Virus record (IMG/VR): IMGVR_UViG_3300011793_000004
Location: 1,624-65,623 of that record
DNA: 64,000 bases
Source of the DNA: a virus
Taxonomy: Duplodnaviria; Caudoviricetes
Direction: 5' to 3' (one strand)
The notes under the pieces are model-generated. The model did no database searches and had not been told where the DNA came from. It was given only the letters and a program-made list of their open reading frames with translations. Made by a program: the position numbers and the translations under genes. Positions within the stretch are counted from its first letter, which is position 1. Each line of letters starts with the position of its first letter. Shown here piece after piece: positions 55,705 through 64,000 of the stretch.

Positions 55705-55784
55705 CATGGGCGGAGCCGTGTGGGAGCCCTTCGAGGCTGCCGGTGCCTGAGCCCGGTCGACCAACCTACACGGTTCCGTCCACC
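55705..55784 (+). ncRNA. C4-type antisense RNA, copy 1
   Basis: ATGGGCGGAGCCGTGTGG...CTACACGGTTCCGTCCACC cloverleaf; loops complementary to 55626-55651. Confidence 0.7.
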
Positions 55785-55933
55785 AGTATCCCTCGTTGAC
55801 ACACCCTGAGCCTTCGGTCTACCTTCTCCGCGTCGCCGCAAATTCGGCGACCTGGGATTGGTCTCCCGGAAGCTAGGCGGGTACCCGCCGCTAACAAGCG
55901 GTTTTTTTGTGCCCGCAGCACGGCTGCTCGCTT

Positions 55934-56012
55934 TATGGGCGGGCCGTGTAGGGGCGCCCTCGGGCGCGCCGGACCTAGCCCGGTAGACCAACCCTGCACG
56001 GTTCCGCCCACC
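55934..56012 (+). ncRNA. C4-type antisense RNA, copy 2 (controls the antirepressor)
   Basis: Loops CCTAGC and AGACCAA complementary to 55858-55877 and to 56017-56052, which covers the ant SD. Confidence 0.78.
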
Positions 56013-56062
56013 CTGATTGGTCTCGGAGTTGGCGGAGTTCAAGTCAGCTAGGAGACACCGCG

Positions 56063-56932
56063 ATGTCGAATCCCACTCACATAGCACCATCCGCTCAACT
56101 CGTACCCGTGACCGATGGAGATATCGGTGGCGCTGTTCTGCCAATCGTTAACGCTCGAGATCTCCATACGTTCCTGGAGAATCGAGACCTCTTCGCCAAC
56201 TGGATCAAAGCGCGCGTCGAGAAGTACGGATTCGAGGAAAACCGGGACTTCCGTATCGATTTGGTAAAAACCAAAACGATACGAACATACCGCGGTGGCG
56301 AGCGAATCGGCACCTCTACCCGAACTGACTACCATCTCACCCTCGACATGGCGAAAGAGCTTTCGATGGTGGAGAACAACGCCAAAGGCCGCGAGGCGCG
56401 CCGCTACTTCATCGACATGGAGCGCCAGGCGCTGGCCGCGGCCGGCCAGCAGCCGCAGACCATCGCGGGGCAAACCATCGGCATGGACGGCTTTCACGTG
56501 CTCGGCGCGCTGGTGGCCGGCAAGCTCCGCGCCCTGCCCTCGCCCGCTCGCTCCCGAGCCCGCGCCCGCCTCTGGTCCCAGGTGCACACCGCCTTCAACG
56601 TCCGCTCCGCCCAGGACATTCCTGCCGATCAACTGGATGCCGCCCGCAACTTCGTTGCCGCGTATGCATTGGAGGGGGAATGGCTGGGCCGCGATGAGGC
56701 CGCTAATCGCAGGGAGGCAGGAGACTGGTCCAACATCGGCGCGATGATCCACTGCATCGAGCAAACCTACGCAGTGCTCGAAACCCACAAGCTCTACACC
56801 CACCTCACTGCCCTGGGCTGCGATGCCGGCGTGCTGATGCTGGGCTTGCTTTGGGACGGGCTCGGTTCGGCTGGCCACGTACGCAAGCACTGCGCGGCAC
56901 AATTGGCGTTGGGAGTGAGAGCGCCGGCCTAA
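56063..56932 (+). CDS. Antirepressor (AntA/AntB N-terminal domain)
   Basis: VNARDLHTFL...FANWIKARVEKYGFEENRDF...YHLTLDMAKELSMVE...ARRYFI. Confidence 0.9.
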   Translation: MSNPTHIAPSAQLVPVTDGDIGGAVLPIVNARDLHTFLENRDLFANWIKARVEKYGFEENRDFRIDLVKTKTIRTYRGGERIGTSTRTDYHLTLDMAKELSMVENNAKGREARRYFIDMERQALAAAGQQPQTIAGQTIGMDGFHVLGALVAGKLRALPSPARSRARARLWSQVHTAFNVRSAQDIPADQLDAARNFVAAYALEGEWLGRDEAANRREAGDWSNIGAMIHCIEQTYAVLETHKLYTHLTALGCDAGVLMLGLLWDGLGSAGHVRKHCAAQLALGVRAPA

Positions 56933-57005
56933 GCGCAGCTGTGATCGTGCGCAGGCGGCACCCGACGAAACCCCATCGACGCCGCCGCCTGCACCTCGCA
57001 GAATG

Positions 57006-57021
57006 CTGGATATCCAACCAG
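57006..57021. promoter_or_regulatory. Putative LexA box
   Basis: tgCTGGATATCCAACCAGta, 11 nt before the ATG at 57033. Confidence 0.6.
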
Positions 57022-57032
57022 TAAATGCCGCC

Positions 57033-57335
57033 ATGTATTTCGACATCGTCCCGATGCGCGTCCGGGGTAAGCCGCGCGAGCCGCGAGACCTGCGCAACGC
57101 TCAGCCGGTGCGGGGCGACGTGCACATGGTGCAAGCGCGCGAAACGCCGCTTGGCCGCGCCTCCACCGTCGCCTACCTGCAGAACCAGCACCACGACCTG
57201 GACCAGTTGCCGAGGCTCTATGACGCCGTGATTCATGGCATGGCCAGCAACGGCGCCACCATCACCGGCATTGAGCTGGTCGACGGCGCCGCCTACGCCC
57301 AGTCCTGGTGGATCAGAACGCCAGGGCCGCAGTGA
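57033..57335 (+). CDS. Hypothetical protein, probably SOS-inducible
   Basis: MYFDIVPMR...ITGIELVDGAAYAQSWW. Confidence 0.7.
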   Translation: MYFDIVPMRVRGKPREPRDLRNAQPVRGDVHMVQARETPLGRASTVAYLQNQHHDLDQLPRLYDAVIHGMASNGATITGIELVDGAAYAQSWWIRTPGPQ

Positions 57336-57359
57336 GCCGAATAAGCCCCGCTATTCGCC

Positions 57360-57602
57360 TCACGCGAGCGGCACCTGAATCGCCAACCCAGCCGCCTGCA
57401 GCCCCTCGGCTATCTCGTCGAGCACCGAGAGGGTGAGCAATTGCCGGGTTTCGATGATGAGGCGGCAGGGGTCGTTCGGGTCGGTCGGCGGCTCGCCCCA
57501 GATGTGAACGCCAAGCTCCCTTTCGCCGGCGGGTGCAACGACCACCTGGCACACCTGGGTGAAGTCCACGCTCGCGATATCGCTAGGCAGGATGACTTTC
57601 AT
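57360..57602 (-). CDS. Hypothetical protein
   Basis: 80 aa, SD GGAG. Confidence 0.5.
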   Translation of the reverse strand: MKVILPSDIASVDFTQVCQVVVAPAGERELGVHIWGEPPTDPNDPCRLIIETRQLLTLSVLDEIAEGLQAAGLAIQVPLA

Positions 57603-57834
57603 TCTTCGCTCCATGAAGAAAAACGGACGTGACTGGCTGTCACGCAATCGACTGGCGGGACACAGCCCGCCAACTCCGCATTGCACCACCCGCTGGGCGG
57701 GAAGGCTCGTGCGAATAGGCCGCCCCACCCGGCGGCCATCCTTGCCCGATGCGCAGCCGGGCGAGCGGCGCCCGCGGAGTATCCCATCTTTCCCTTACCG
57801 ATCACCGCCATCTGCCAGGCGGCAAGGAGTCGCT

Positions 57835-58329
57835 ATGCATGCACCAACCCTCAAGCGCATCTACGTGAGCGGCCCGATGACCGGCCTGCCCGACCTCAAC
57901 TTCCCCGCGTTCTACGCCGAGGCTGCGCGCCTTGAGGCGATGGGCTACGAGGTGGTGAACCCCGCGTCGCTCAACCCGGCGAACGCCACCTGGGCCGAGT
58001 GCATGCGCACCGACATCGCCGCACTGATGACCTGCGACGCCCTGGTGTTGCTCCCCGGCTGGGCGGACTCCAACGGCGCCATGGTCGAGCTGCAGCTGGC
58101 CCACCGGCTGGGCATGCGTGTGCTGACCACGGCGGAGATTCCAGCACCAGAAGCGCCGGCGGCGGCCGGCACCATCGCAGTGGATGCCGAGGCGCTGCGC
58201 ACCATCCTCCAGGCCCTGCTCGGCTCGCCGAATCTTATCTTCGACTCGAAGCTGCCGGGCTGTGCACTCGGAAAGCTGGTCAACCAATACGAAGCATGGG
58301 CAACCGAGCAGCCGAGGGCGCAGGCATGA
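57835..58329 (+). CDS. DUF4406 family protein (nucleoside deoxyribosyltransferase-like fold)
   Basis: RIYVSGPMTGLPDLNFPAF, VVNPA, LLPGWADSNGAMVE. Confidence 0.88.
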   Translation: MHAPTLKRIYVSGPMTGLPDLNFPAFYAEAARLEAMGYEVVNPASLNPANATWAECMRTDIAALMTCDALVLLPGWADSNGAMVELQLAHRLGMRVLTTAEIPAPEAPAAAGTIAVDAEALRTILQALLGSPNLIFDSKLPGCALGKLVNQYEAWATEQPRAQA

Positions 58330-59027
58330 AGACAGGGCAGATCCTGTTCAGCGGGCAGATGGTTCGGGCGATACGGGCGGGACGGAAGACGGTGACGAGG
58401 CGCGTGGTGAAGCCGCAGCCAAGCCTTCCAACCACTATCTGGTGGGCATCGAATGGGCGCGGCCCCAAATGGATGGCAGAAGGGCCAAGCGGGGCGACCG
58501 GCGGTATGCGCCAAACTTGGGGCTGGATGGATTGCCCCTACGGCCAGCCCGGCGACCGCCTCCGCGTGAAGGAAGCCGCCTGGATGTGGTGCGAGCGCCA
58601 GCCCAACGGCCTCACGCCTACGGGCCGGCCGAAATGGCACTACGTCCCGATGCGTGAGGCACCGGTTATCTACGCCGCCGACCACCCCGACAAACCGCAG
58701 ACCCGCATCGTCTCGCCCGACACCGGCAACCAATGGGGCTGGCGGTTGAAGATCGGCCGCTTCCTACCGGCGTGGGCTGTGCGCATCGAACTGGAGATCA
58801 CTGCGATCACCGTCGAGCGCCTCCAGGACATCAGCACCGAACAGGCCCTGGCTGAAGGTGTGCAGCCTTTCGCCTCCGGCGGATTCCACGTCGAGGACGG
58901 CCGCCACCACCACGCTACCGATCCGCGTCTGAGCTTCGCCAGCCTCATCGAATCCACCACCGGCGACGGGCTATGGGCAGCGAATCCCTGGGTCTGGGCC
59001 ATCAACTTCAAACCGGTGACACCATGA
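58326..59027 (+). CDS. ASCH/PUA-like phage protein
   Basis: ILFSGQMVRAIRAGRKTVTRR, CPYGQPGDRLRVKE, WAANPWVW. Confidence 0.75.
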   Translation: MKTGQILFSGQMVRAIRAGRKTVTRRVVKPQPSLPTTIWWASNGRGPKWMAEGPSGATGGMRQTWGWMDCPYGQPGDRLRVKEAAWMWCERQPNGLTPTGRPKWHYVPMREAPVIYAADHPDKPQTRIVSPDTGNQWGWRLKIGRFLPAWAVRIELEITAITVERLQDISTEQALAEGVQPFASGGFHVEDGRHHHATDPRLSFASLIESTTGDGLWAANPWVWAINFKPVTP

Positions 59028-59413
59028 GCCTCTCCCGCAACGAACGCCGGGCACTTCATCGCTCCAACGAGTCGCAACCTCGTTACCTCGCGCAGGTGCC
59101 GCGCGCGGCCTGGCCAGCACACAACCAGCCAGGCCTGATCGAGGTGTGGCGCAGCCGCCACTACCTCGTGCAGGTCTTCGACGAGGCAGAGGGCGTGCAG
59201 CGTCTCAGCGTGTGTCGCACCAGCCACAACGGCGACAGCTGGGTCGACCAGATCACCTGGGACGAACTCATGCAGTGCAAGCGCGAATGCGGCCGCGGTG
59301 ACCGGGATGCCCTGGAGGTTTACCCGGCAGATCGCGACGTGGTGAACGTCGCCAACATGCGCCACCTCTGGCTGCCGCCAGCGCCCGTGCCCTTCGCCTG
59401 GAGAAAGCGATGA
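59024..59413 (+). CDS. Conserved phage hypothetical protein
   Basis: ITWDELMQCKRECG...EVYP...NVANMRHLW. Confidence 0.75.
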   Translation: MSLSRNERRALHRSNESQPRYLAQVPRAAWPAHNQPGLIEVWRSRHYLVQVFDEAEGVQRLSVCRTSHNGDSWVDQITWDELMQCKRECGRGDRDALEVYPADRDVVNVANMRHLWLPPAPVPFAWRKR

Positions 59414-59495
59414 CCGCCCGCACCTTCTGCCGCACCCACCGCAAACCCGCCAGCGAATGCCCCTGCTTCCGCTGCAACCCGCCGGAGCCCACGCC

Positions 59496-59723
59496 ATGCC
59501 CGAGCCCCACCGCCTGATCGCCAGCCACTGCGAGGACGTCATCGGCCGCCGGCTGATCGTCCTCGACGGCATGCCCGGCAACCGCGCCGAGCTCTACCCG
59601 AAAGACCTCCGCGCCCTCGCCCGCCAACTCATCCAGATCGCCAACGACGCCGACCAAGGCGCCACCGGCCTCATCACCTACCCGGACGACCTGTCCGATA
59701 ACGTCCACCAGGAGGCTCCGTAG
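59496..59723 (+). CDS. Hypothetical phage protein
   Basis: 75 aa, SD GGAG. Confidence 0.55.
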   Translation: MPEPHRLIASHCEDVIGRRLIVLDGMPGNRAELYPKDLRALARQLIQIANDADQGATGLITYPDDLSDNVHQEAP

Positions 59724-59725
59724 CC

Positions 59726-60118
59726 ATGGAGAAGAACACGCCTGATTTACTCGAACTGATCCGCCGCGCATGGCGACTGAGTGCAGCCATCAACCCGACA
59801 CCCGCCCCCGCCGCTGCATGCGAATGGTGCGCCGGAGCTGGGCACGATCATTTCGGCGATCCGTGCGACCACTGCGCGACAACCCCCGACACCGCCGCGC
59901 TGGTAGAGGCGCTGGAAGAAATCGTGAAGCAGTACCCGAATCCCGATATCTCTCACGTCGATTACCGGGTGCATGCCTGCCGGCATGCTGAACAGGCCCT
60001 CGCCGCCTACCGCGCACAGCAGGACCCCGCCCCTCGCCCCTCCTGGCTCGACGGTGGCGCTGAGGCGGTGGCGATGGCAAAAGAGGACGATCAGCACCAG
60101 CAGGAGGTGAAGCCGTGA
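59726..60118 (+). CDS. Hypothetical phage protein with CxxC motifs
   Basis: CEWCAGAG...CDHC. Confidence 0.6.
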   Translation: MEKNTPDLLELIRRAWRLSAAINPTPAPAAACEWCAGAGHDHFGDPCDHCATTPDTAALVEALEEIVKQYPNPDISHVDYRVHACRHAEQALAAYRAQQDPAPRPSWLDGGAEAVAMAKEDDQHQQEVKP

Positions 60119-60546
60119 GCCTCCCATACGAAAACGCCAGCTCCGGCGACAAGGCCTTCGCCGAAATCCAGAAGATCCTCGCCCGCTTCGGCTGCGACAA
60201 CTACGGGATCATGCAGAAGCGCGCCGAGCAGGTGACGCTGCTTCAATTCGAATGGCACGGCCGAACGGTGCAGGTGCCGGCGAACTGGGGCGGCTACGCC
60301 ACCACTTGGCTGCGCGAGCACCCGCACACTTCCCGCATGCGCTCCACCCAGGCGGAGTATCGCGAGCGAGCGATGGAGATCGCGCAGATCGCTGTGTGCT
60401 CGGTGCTCCGCGACTGGGTGAAGGCCCAGGTCACCATGGTCGAGTGCCAGCTCATGACGCTCGAGGAAGTCTTCATGCCCCACATGCTGCTGCCGAACGG
60501 CAAACGCCTGGTCGAGCACGCCCAGAAACTGCTGGAGAACGACTGA
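60115..60546 (+). CDS. Conserved phage hypothetical protein
   Basis: EIQKILARFGC, VLRDWVKAQ, EEVFMPH. Confidence 0.75.
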   Translation: MSLPYENASSGDKAFAEIQKILARFGCDNYGIMQKRAEQVTLLQFEWHGRTVQVPANWGGYATTWLREHPHTSRMRSTQAEYRERAMEIAQIAVCSVLRDWVKAQVTMVECQLMTLEEVFMPHMLLPNGKRLVEHAQKLLEND

Positions 60547-60989
60547 TGAGCGACGACATCATCGACTGCCCGGCCCTGCACCAGCAGAGCGCCAACTACC
60601 CCTTCGGCCGCCGCGTGCCGAAGACCGTGCGCATGCTCCGCCACGTAACCCCGGACCCGATGCCGGGGATCGGTCTGGCCTATCTGGACCAAGGCAAACC
60701 GATCCCCGAAGCAACTGCGGAGGCGCTGATTCCGGTCTGGACCAACAGCTACGGTGCAGTCGCGGCGGTGCTCCCTGACGGCCAGCGCCTCGGCCTTAAG
60801 CCGGACGAGTTCGAGGTGGTCGAGTGGATCGACCTCGACCCGCCCGACCCGCTACCGGCCGCCCTCGCCCTGCTCAAACGCGCGAATCGCTACGTCGGCG
60901 TGCACGCCAGCATCGGCGGCCAGAAGCTGGGCGCCGAAATCACCGAGTTCATCGCCAGTGCCGGAAGGCAGGTGCGCAAAGGAGAATGA
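60546..60989 (+). CDS. Hypothetical phage protein
   Basis: Coupled ORF, 147 aa. Confidence 0.6.
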   Translation: MSDDIIDCPALHQQSANYPFGRRVPKTVRMLRHVTPDPMPGIGLAYLDQGKPIPEATAEALIPVWTNSYGAVAAVLPDGQRLGLKPDEFEVVEWIDLDPPDPLPAALALLKRANRYVGVHASIGGQKLGAEITEFIASAGRQVRKGE

Positions 60990-61222
60990 GCATGGCCAGG
61001 GTCATTTCACAGATGACGGTGCAACTGCCCCGCCTTATGGAGGCCAGCGAGTACCGCAAACTTCGGTACGCCGGCGGAAAACCGAGTCTGCAGCAGTTGA
61101 AGAAGTGGATCGAGGAAGGTGAATTGGAAGGGGAAATCCGAGGCGGCGTGTACTTCGTGGATTTGCAGGCCGCCCTGCTGGGCAGCAGCGATCCGCTTCT
61201 GGCCCGAATGCTGGAGCATTGA
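60986..61222 (+). CDS. Excisionase-like winged-helix protein
   Basis: SLQQLKKWIEEGELEG...YFVD; directly before int. Confidence 0.72.
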   Translation: MSMARVISQMTVQLPRLMEASEYRKLRYAGGKPSLQQLKKWIEEGELEGEIRGGVYFVDLQAALLGSSDPLLARMLEH

Positions 61223-61223
61223 C

Positions 61224-62363
61224 ATGCCGCCGCGCCGCCGCAATGCAAAAAATCGCGATCTCCCGCCCAATCTGTACCCCAACGGGCGCTACTGGCAGTA
61301 CCGCAACCCCATCACCGGCAAGAAGACCAGCATCAACAAGCCATTGGCCGAGGCAATCAAACTCGCCAGAGTGGCCAACGCGAAGCTGGCGCCGCTCATG
61401 GCCGACGACGGTGCACTGCTAGCGCTGATCACCGGAGAAGAGGCGCCCACCGTGAAGCGCCTGCTCCAGCGCTTCGAGCTGGAGTGGCTGCCCACTCGCG
61501 GGCTCGCGGAGTCGACGGCGAAAGAGGTGCGCATCAAGCTGGAGCGCTACCGCGCCGACTTCAGCGGGAAATTGGTCGGGCAGATCGACGTGCTCGCCAT
61601 GGCCGACTACCTCGACCAGTTCACGAACAACGCCTACACCAAGCACCGCGGGCTGCTGATCCAGGTCTGGGACTTCGCCGTGGCCAAGGGGTTGGCCGAG
61701 CGCAACGTCGCCGATATGACGCTGAAGAAGAAGGAGGCCGAGAAGAAACGCCAGCGCCATACTCTGGAGGGCGTGCAGAAGATCCTCTCCGCGGACACAA
61801 CACCGGACTGGCTGCGGCGCGCGATCCGCCTGGCCCTGCTCAGCCTGCAGCGGCGCGAGGACTTGGTGACGTGGCAGCGGACCGCTGTCGATATGGCGGA
61901 AGGCATCATCAGAGTCAGCCCTGGGAAAACCGCCGGCTACGAGAATCCTATCCACTTGGAAATAGAAATGGGTCCTGACCTGCGCGCAGTAGTCCAGGAA
62001 TGTTTGGCGGACCCGATCGCCGGCCCCACCCTACTCCGCTACCGGCCTATGGCGCGCCGCCGCGAGCAGATCGACGCGAAGCAGCATTGGTCAGCAATTA
62101 CCGAAAACTACCTGACGAACGAGTTTCGGAAAGCCCGCGACGCGGCTCATGCCTACGACCAAATCGAGGACCCACGAGCCCGACCGACCGTGCATGAACT
62201 CCGCGCGCTCGGTGCCTGGCTCTACGAACAGCAGGGGTATCCGCTGGAGTATGTGCAGGCGCTGATGGGTCACGCTGACGGGGAAATGACCGCTTATTAC
62301 CAGGGAGGGCACGTGAAGCAGGAAGCCCATTTCACGAGGGTTCAGGCGGGGTTGAAGCTGTAG
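61224..62363 (+). CDS. int: Prophage integrase (lambda Int family)
   Basis: Arm domain LPPNLY...WQYRNP; LQRRED, GKT, TVHELRAL, LMGH, AYY. Confidence 0.95.
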   Translation: MPPRRRNAKNRDLPPNLYPNGRYWQYRNPITGKKTSINKPLAEAIKLARVANAKLAPLMADDGALLALITGEEAPTVKRLLQRFELEWLPTRGLAESTAKEVRIKLERYRADFSGKLVGQIDVLAMADYLDQFTNNAYTKHRGLLIQVWDFAVAKGLAERNVADMTLKKKEAEKKRQRHTLEGVQKILSADTTPDWLRRAIRLALLSLQRREDLVTWQRTAVDMAEGIIRVSPGKTAGYENPIHLEIEMGPDLRAVVQECLADPIAGPTLLRYRPMARRREQIDAKQHWSAITENYLTNEFRKARDAAHAYDQIEDPRARPTVHELRALGAWLYEQQGYPLEYVQALMGHADGEMTAYYQGGHVKQEAHFTRVQAGLKL

Positions 62364-62377
62364 ATCGGGTGGTCGTT

Positions 62378-62406
62378 TTCCCAATCTATTCCCAATGATT
62401 GCCCAA
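62378..62406 (+). repeat. Putative Int arm-type sites, tandem at about 11-bp pitch
   Basis: ttcccaat (62378), ttcccaat (62389), ttgcccaa (62399) abutting the att repeat. Confidence 0.55.
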
Positions 62407-62515
62407 AACAAAAAAGGCGAACCTTTCGGATCGCCTTCTAAGCCCCGTGCAGTACGGGTTTTGTTTGGTAGGCACAATTGGATTCGAACCAACGACCCCC
62501 ACCATGTCAAGGTGG
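62406..62515. repeat. att repeat, right copy
   Basis: 108/110 identical to 5193..5302. Confidence 0.95.
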
Positions 62516-62542
62516 TGCTCTAACCAACTGAGCTATGTGCCT
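62466..62542 (-). tRNA. tRNA-Val(GAC), 77 nt, CCA encoded
   Basis: AGGCACATAGCTCAGTTGGTTAGAGCACCACCTTGACATGGTGGGGGTCGTTGGTTCGAATCCAATTGTGCCTACCA. Confidence 0.97.
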
Positions 62543-62716
62543 GCATTGGCCGCGCATTTTACGGAGCGGCGCCGGGGTGTCAACTATTTTTTCGCTAACG
62601 TGCTGAAAAAACGTGTTTTTTAAAGTCTGGCCAAGGAATGAACAGCGCTGGCGGCGGAGTGAGCTTCTCGGTTAGCATCGACGCATCCGTAAAAAATAAA
62701 GAACAGAGACTCCAAT

Positions 62717-64000
62717 ATGTCGCACACAGCCTACCCGCAGTCCTATTACGCCGCCTCCGCCAACCCGGTGCCGCCGCGCCCGGCGCTGGACGGCGAAGTG
62801 GAAACCGACGTGTGCGTCATCGGCGCCGGCTATACCGGCCTGTCGACAGCCCTGTTCCTGCTGGAGAACGGTTTCCGCGTGACCGTGCTGGAAGCGGCGA
62901 AAGTGGGCTTCGGCGCGTCCGGGCGAAACGGCGGGCAGATCGTCAACAGCTACAGCCGCGACATCGACGTCATCGAGCGCACGCTACCCGCACAGCAGGC
63001 GCGGCTGCTCGGCGAGATGGCGTTCGAGGGCGGGCGCATCATCCGGGAGCGGATCGCCACCTACGGCATCGCCTGCGACCTCAAGGACGGCGGCGTCTTC
63101 GCCGCGCTGAGCGCCAAGCAGATGGGGCACCTGGAGTCGCAAAAGGCGCTCTGGGAGCGCTATGGCCATAGCCAACTGAAACTGCTCGACCGTCAGGGCA
63201 TACGCGACGTGGTGGCCAGCGACAACTACCTCGGCGGCTTACTGGACATGAGCGGCGGGCATATCCACCCGTTGAACCTCACGCTTGGCGAAGCCGCGGC
63301 GGTGGAATCGCTCGGCGGCACGATCCACGAGCAATCGCCCGCCACACGTATCGAGCGCGGCGCCAATCCGGTCGTGCACACGCCTCGGGGTCGTGTACGG
63401 GCGAAGTTCGTGGTGGTCGCCGGCAACGCCTACCTGGGCAACCTGATCCCGGAGCTGGCGGCGAAGTCGATGGCCTGCGGGACCCAGGTGATCACAACCG
63501 AGCCGCTGTCCGAGGACCTGGCGCGCTCGCTGCTGCCCCAGGATTACTGCGTGGAGGACTGCAATTACCTGCTGGACTACTACCGCCTCTCCGGCGATCG
63601 TCGGCTGATCTACGGCGGTGGCGTGGTCTACGGCGCCCGCGACCCGGCGAACATCGAGGCGATCATCCGGCCGAAGATGCTCAAGACCTTCCCGCAGCTC
63701 AAAGACGTGAAGATCGACTTCGCCTGGACCGGTAACTTCCTGCTCACCCTCTCGCGCCTGCCACAGGTCGGCCGGTTGGGCGACAACATCTACTACTCCC
63801 AGGGCTGCAGCGGGCATGGCGTGACCTACACGCACCTGGCCGGCAAGGTCCTGGCCGAAGCGCTGCGCGGCCAGGCCGAACGCTTCGATGCCTTCGCCGG
63901 GCTGCCGCACTACCCCTTCCCTGGCGGCCGGCTGCTGCAGGTGCCGTTCAGTGCGCTGGGCGCCTGGTATTACACGCTGCGCGACAAGTTCGGCCTATGA
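62717..64000 (+). CDS. puuB: FAD-dependent oxidoreductase, gamma-glutamylputrescine oxidase type
   Basis: VCVIGAGYTG, GASGRNGGQ, VEDCNYLLDYYR, GCSGHGV. Confidence 0.85.
   Translation: MSHTAYPQSYYAASANPVPPRPALDGEVETDVCVIGAGYTGLSTALFLLENGFRVTVLEAAKVGFGASGRNGGQIVNSYSRDIDVIERTLPAQQARLLGEMAFEGGRIIRERIATYGIACDLKDGGVFAALSAKQMGHLESQKALWERYGHSQLKLLDRQGIRDVVASDNYLGGLLDMSGGHIHPLNLTLGEAAAVESLGGTIHEQSPATRIERGANPVVHTPRGRVRAKFVVVAGNAYLGNLIPELAAKSMACGTQVITTEPLSEDLARSLLPQDYCVEDCNYLLDYYRLSGDRRLIYGGGVVYGARDPANIEAIIRPKMLKTFPQLKDVKIDFAWTGNFLLTLSRLPQVGRLGDNIYYSQGCSGHGVTYTHLAGKVLAEALRGQAERFDAFAGLPHYPFPGGRLLQVPFSALGAWYYTLRDKFGL

Larger units (their letters stand above)
5193..62515. mobile_element. Apparently intact lambdoid/HK97-like prophage, about 57.3 kb, at tRNA-Val(GAC)
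   Basis: 110-bp flanking direct repeats, integrase next to attR, all virion and regulatory modules present. Confidence 0.96.

Noticed and set aside
39671-56062. CRISPR array or DGR suggested by the repeat pairs
   Set aside because: Each repeat occurs only twice; no regular spacers, cas genes or reverse transcriptase

Overview
GC-rich Pseudomonas-type chromosome segment. Nearly the whole window (5193-62515, about 57.3 kb) is an apparently complete lambdoid, HK97-type siphovirus prophage. It is integrated at a tRNA-Val(GAC) gene and bounded by a 110-bp direct repeat. Host flanks: the 5' end of thrS, small accessory genes and mntP with a yybP-ykoY riboswitch on the left; tRNA-Val and a PuuB-like oxidase on the right. 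The prophage carries umuDC-SRAP, lysis, tail, head and packaging, Q/nin, replication, cro/cI immunity, an early-left operon and xis/int. Best accessory candidates: (1) an AT-rich two-gene island of an ABC/OLD-type ATPase (DUF3696-like tail) plus a probable RelE-fold nuclease, resembling Menshen without nsnA; (2) two tandem C4-type antisense RNA cassettes with different recognition loops in front of the antirepressor; (3) an SDH/ClpP-fold protease plus an overlapping 63-aa ORF in the rexAB-like slot after cI; (4) an orphan TAXI binding protein, micro-membrane protein and CsrA cluster, with a SutA-like protein nearby; (5) LexA boxes spread across the prophage, including a tandem pair on the late promoter. 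All family calls come from visual motif recognition; no database searches were run.
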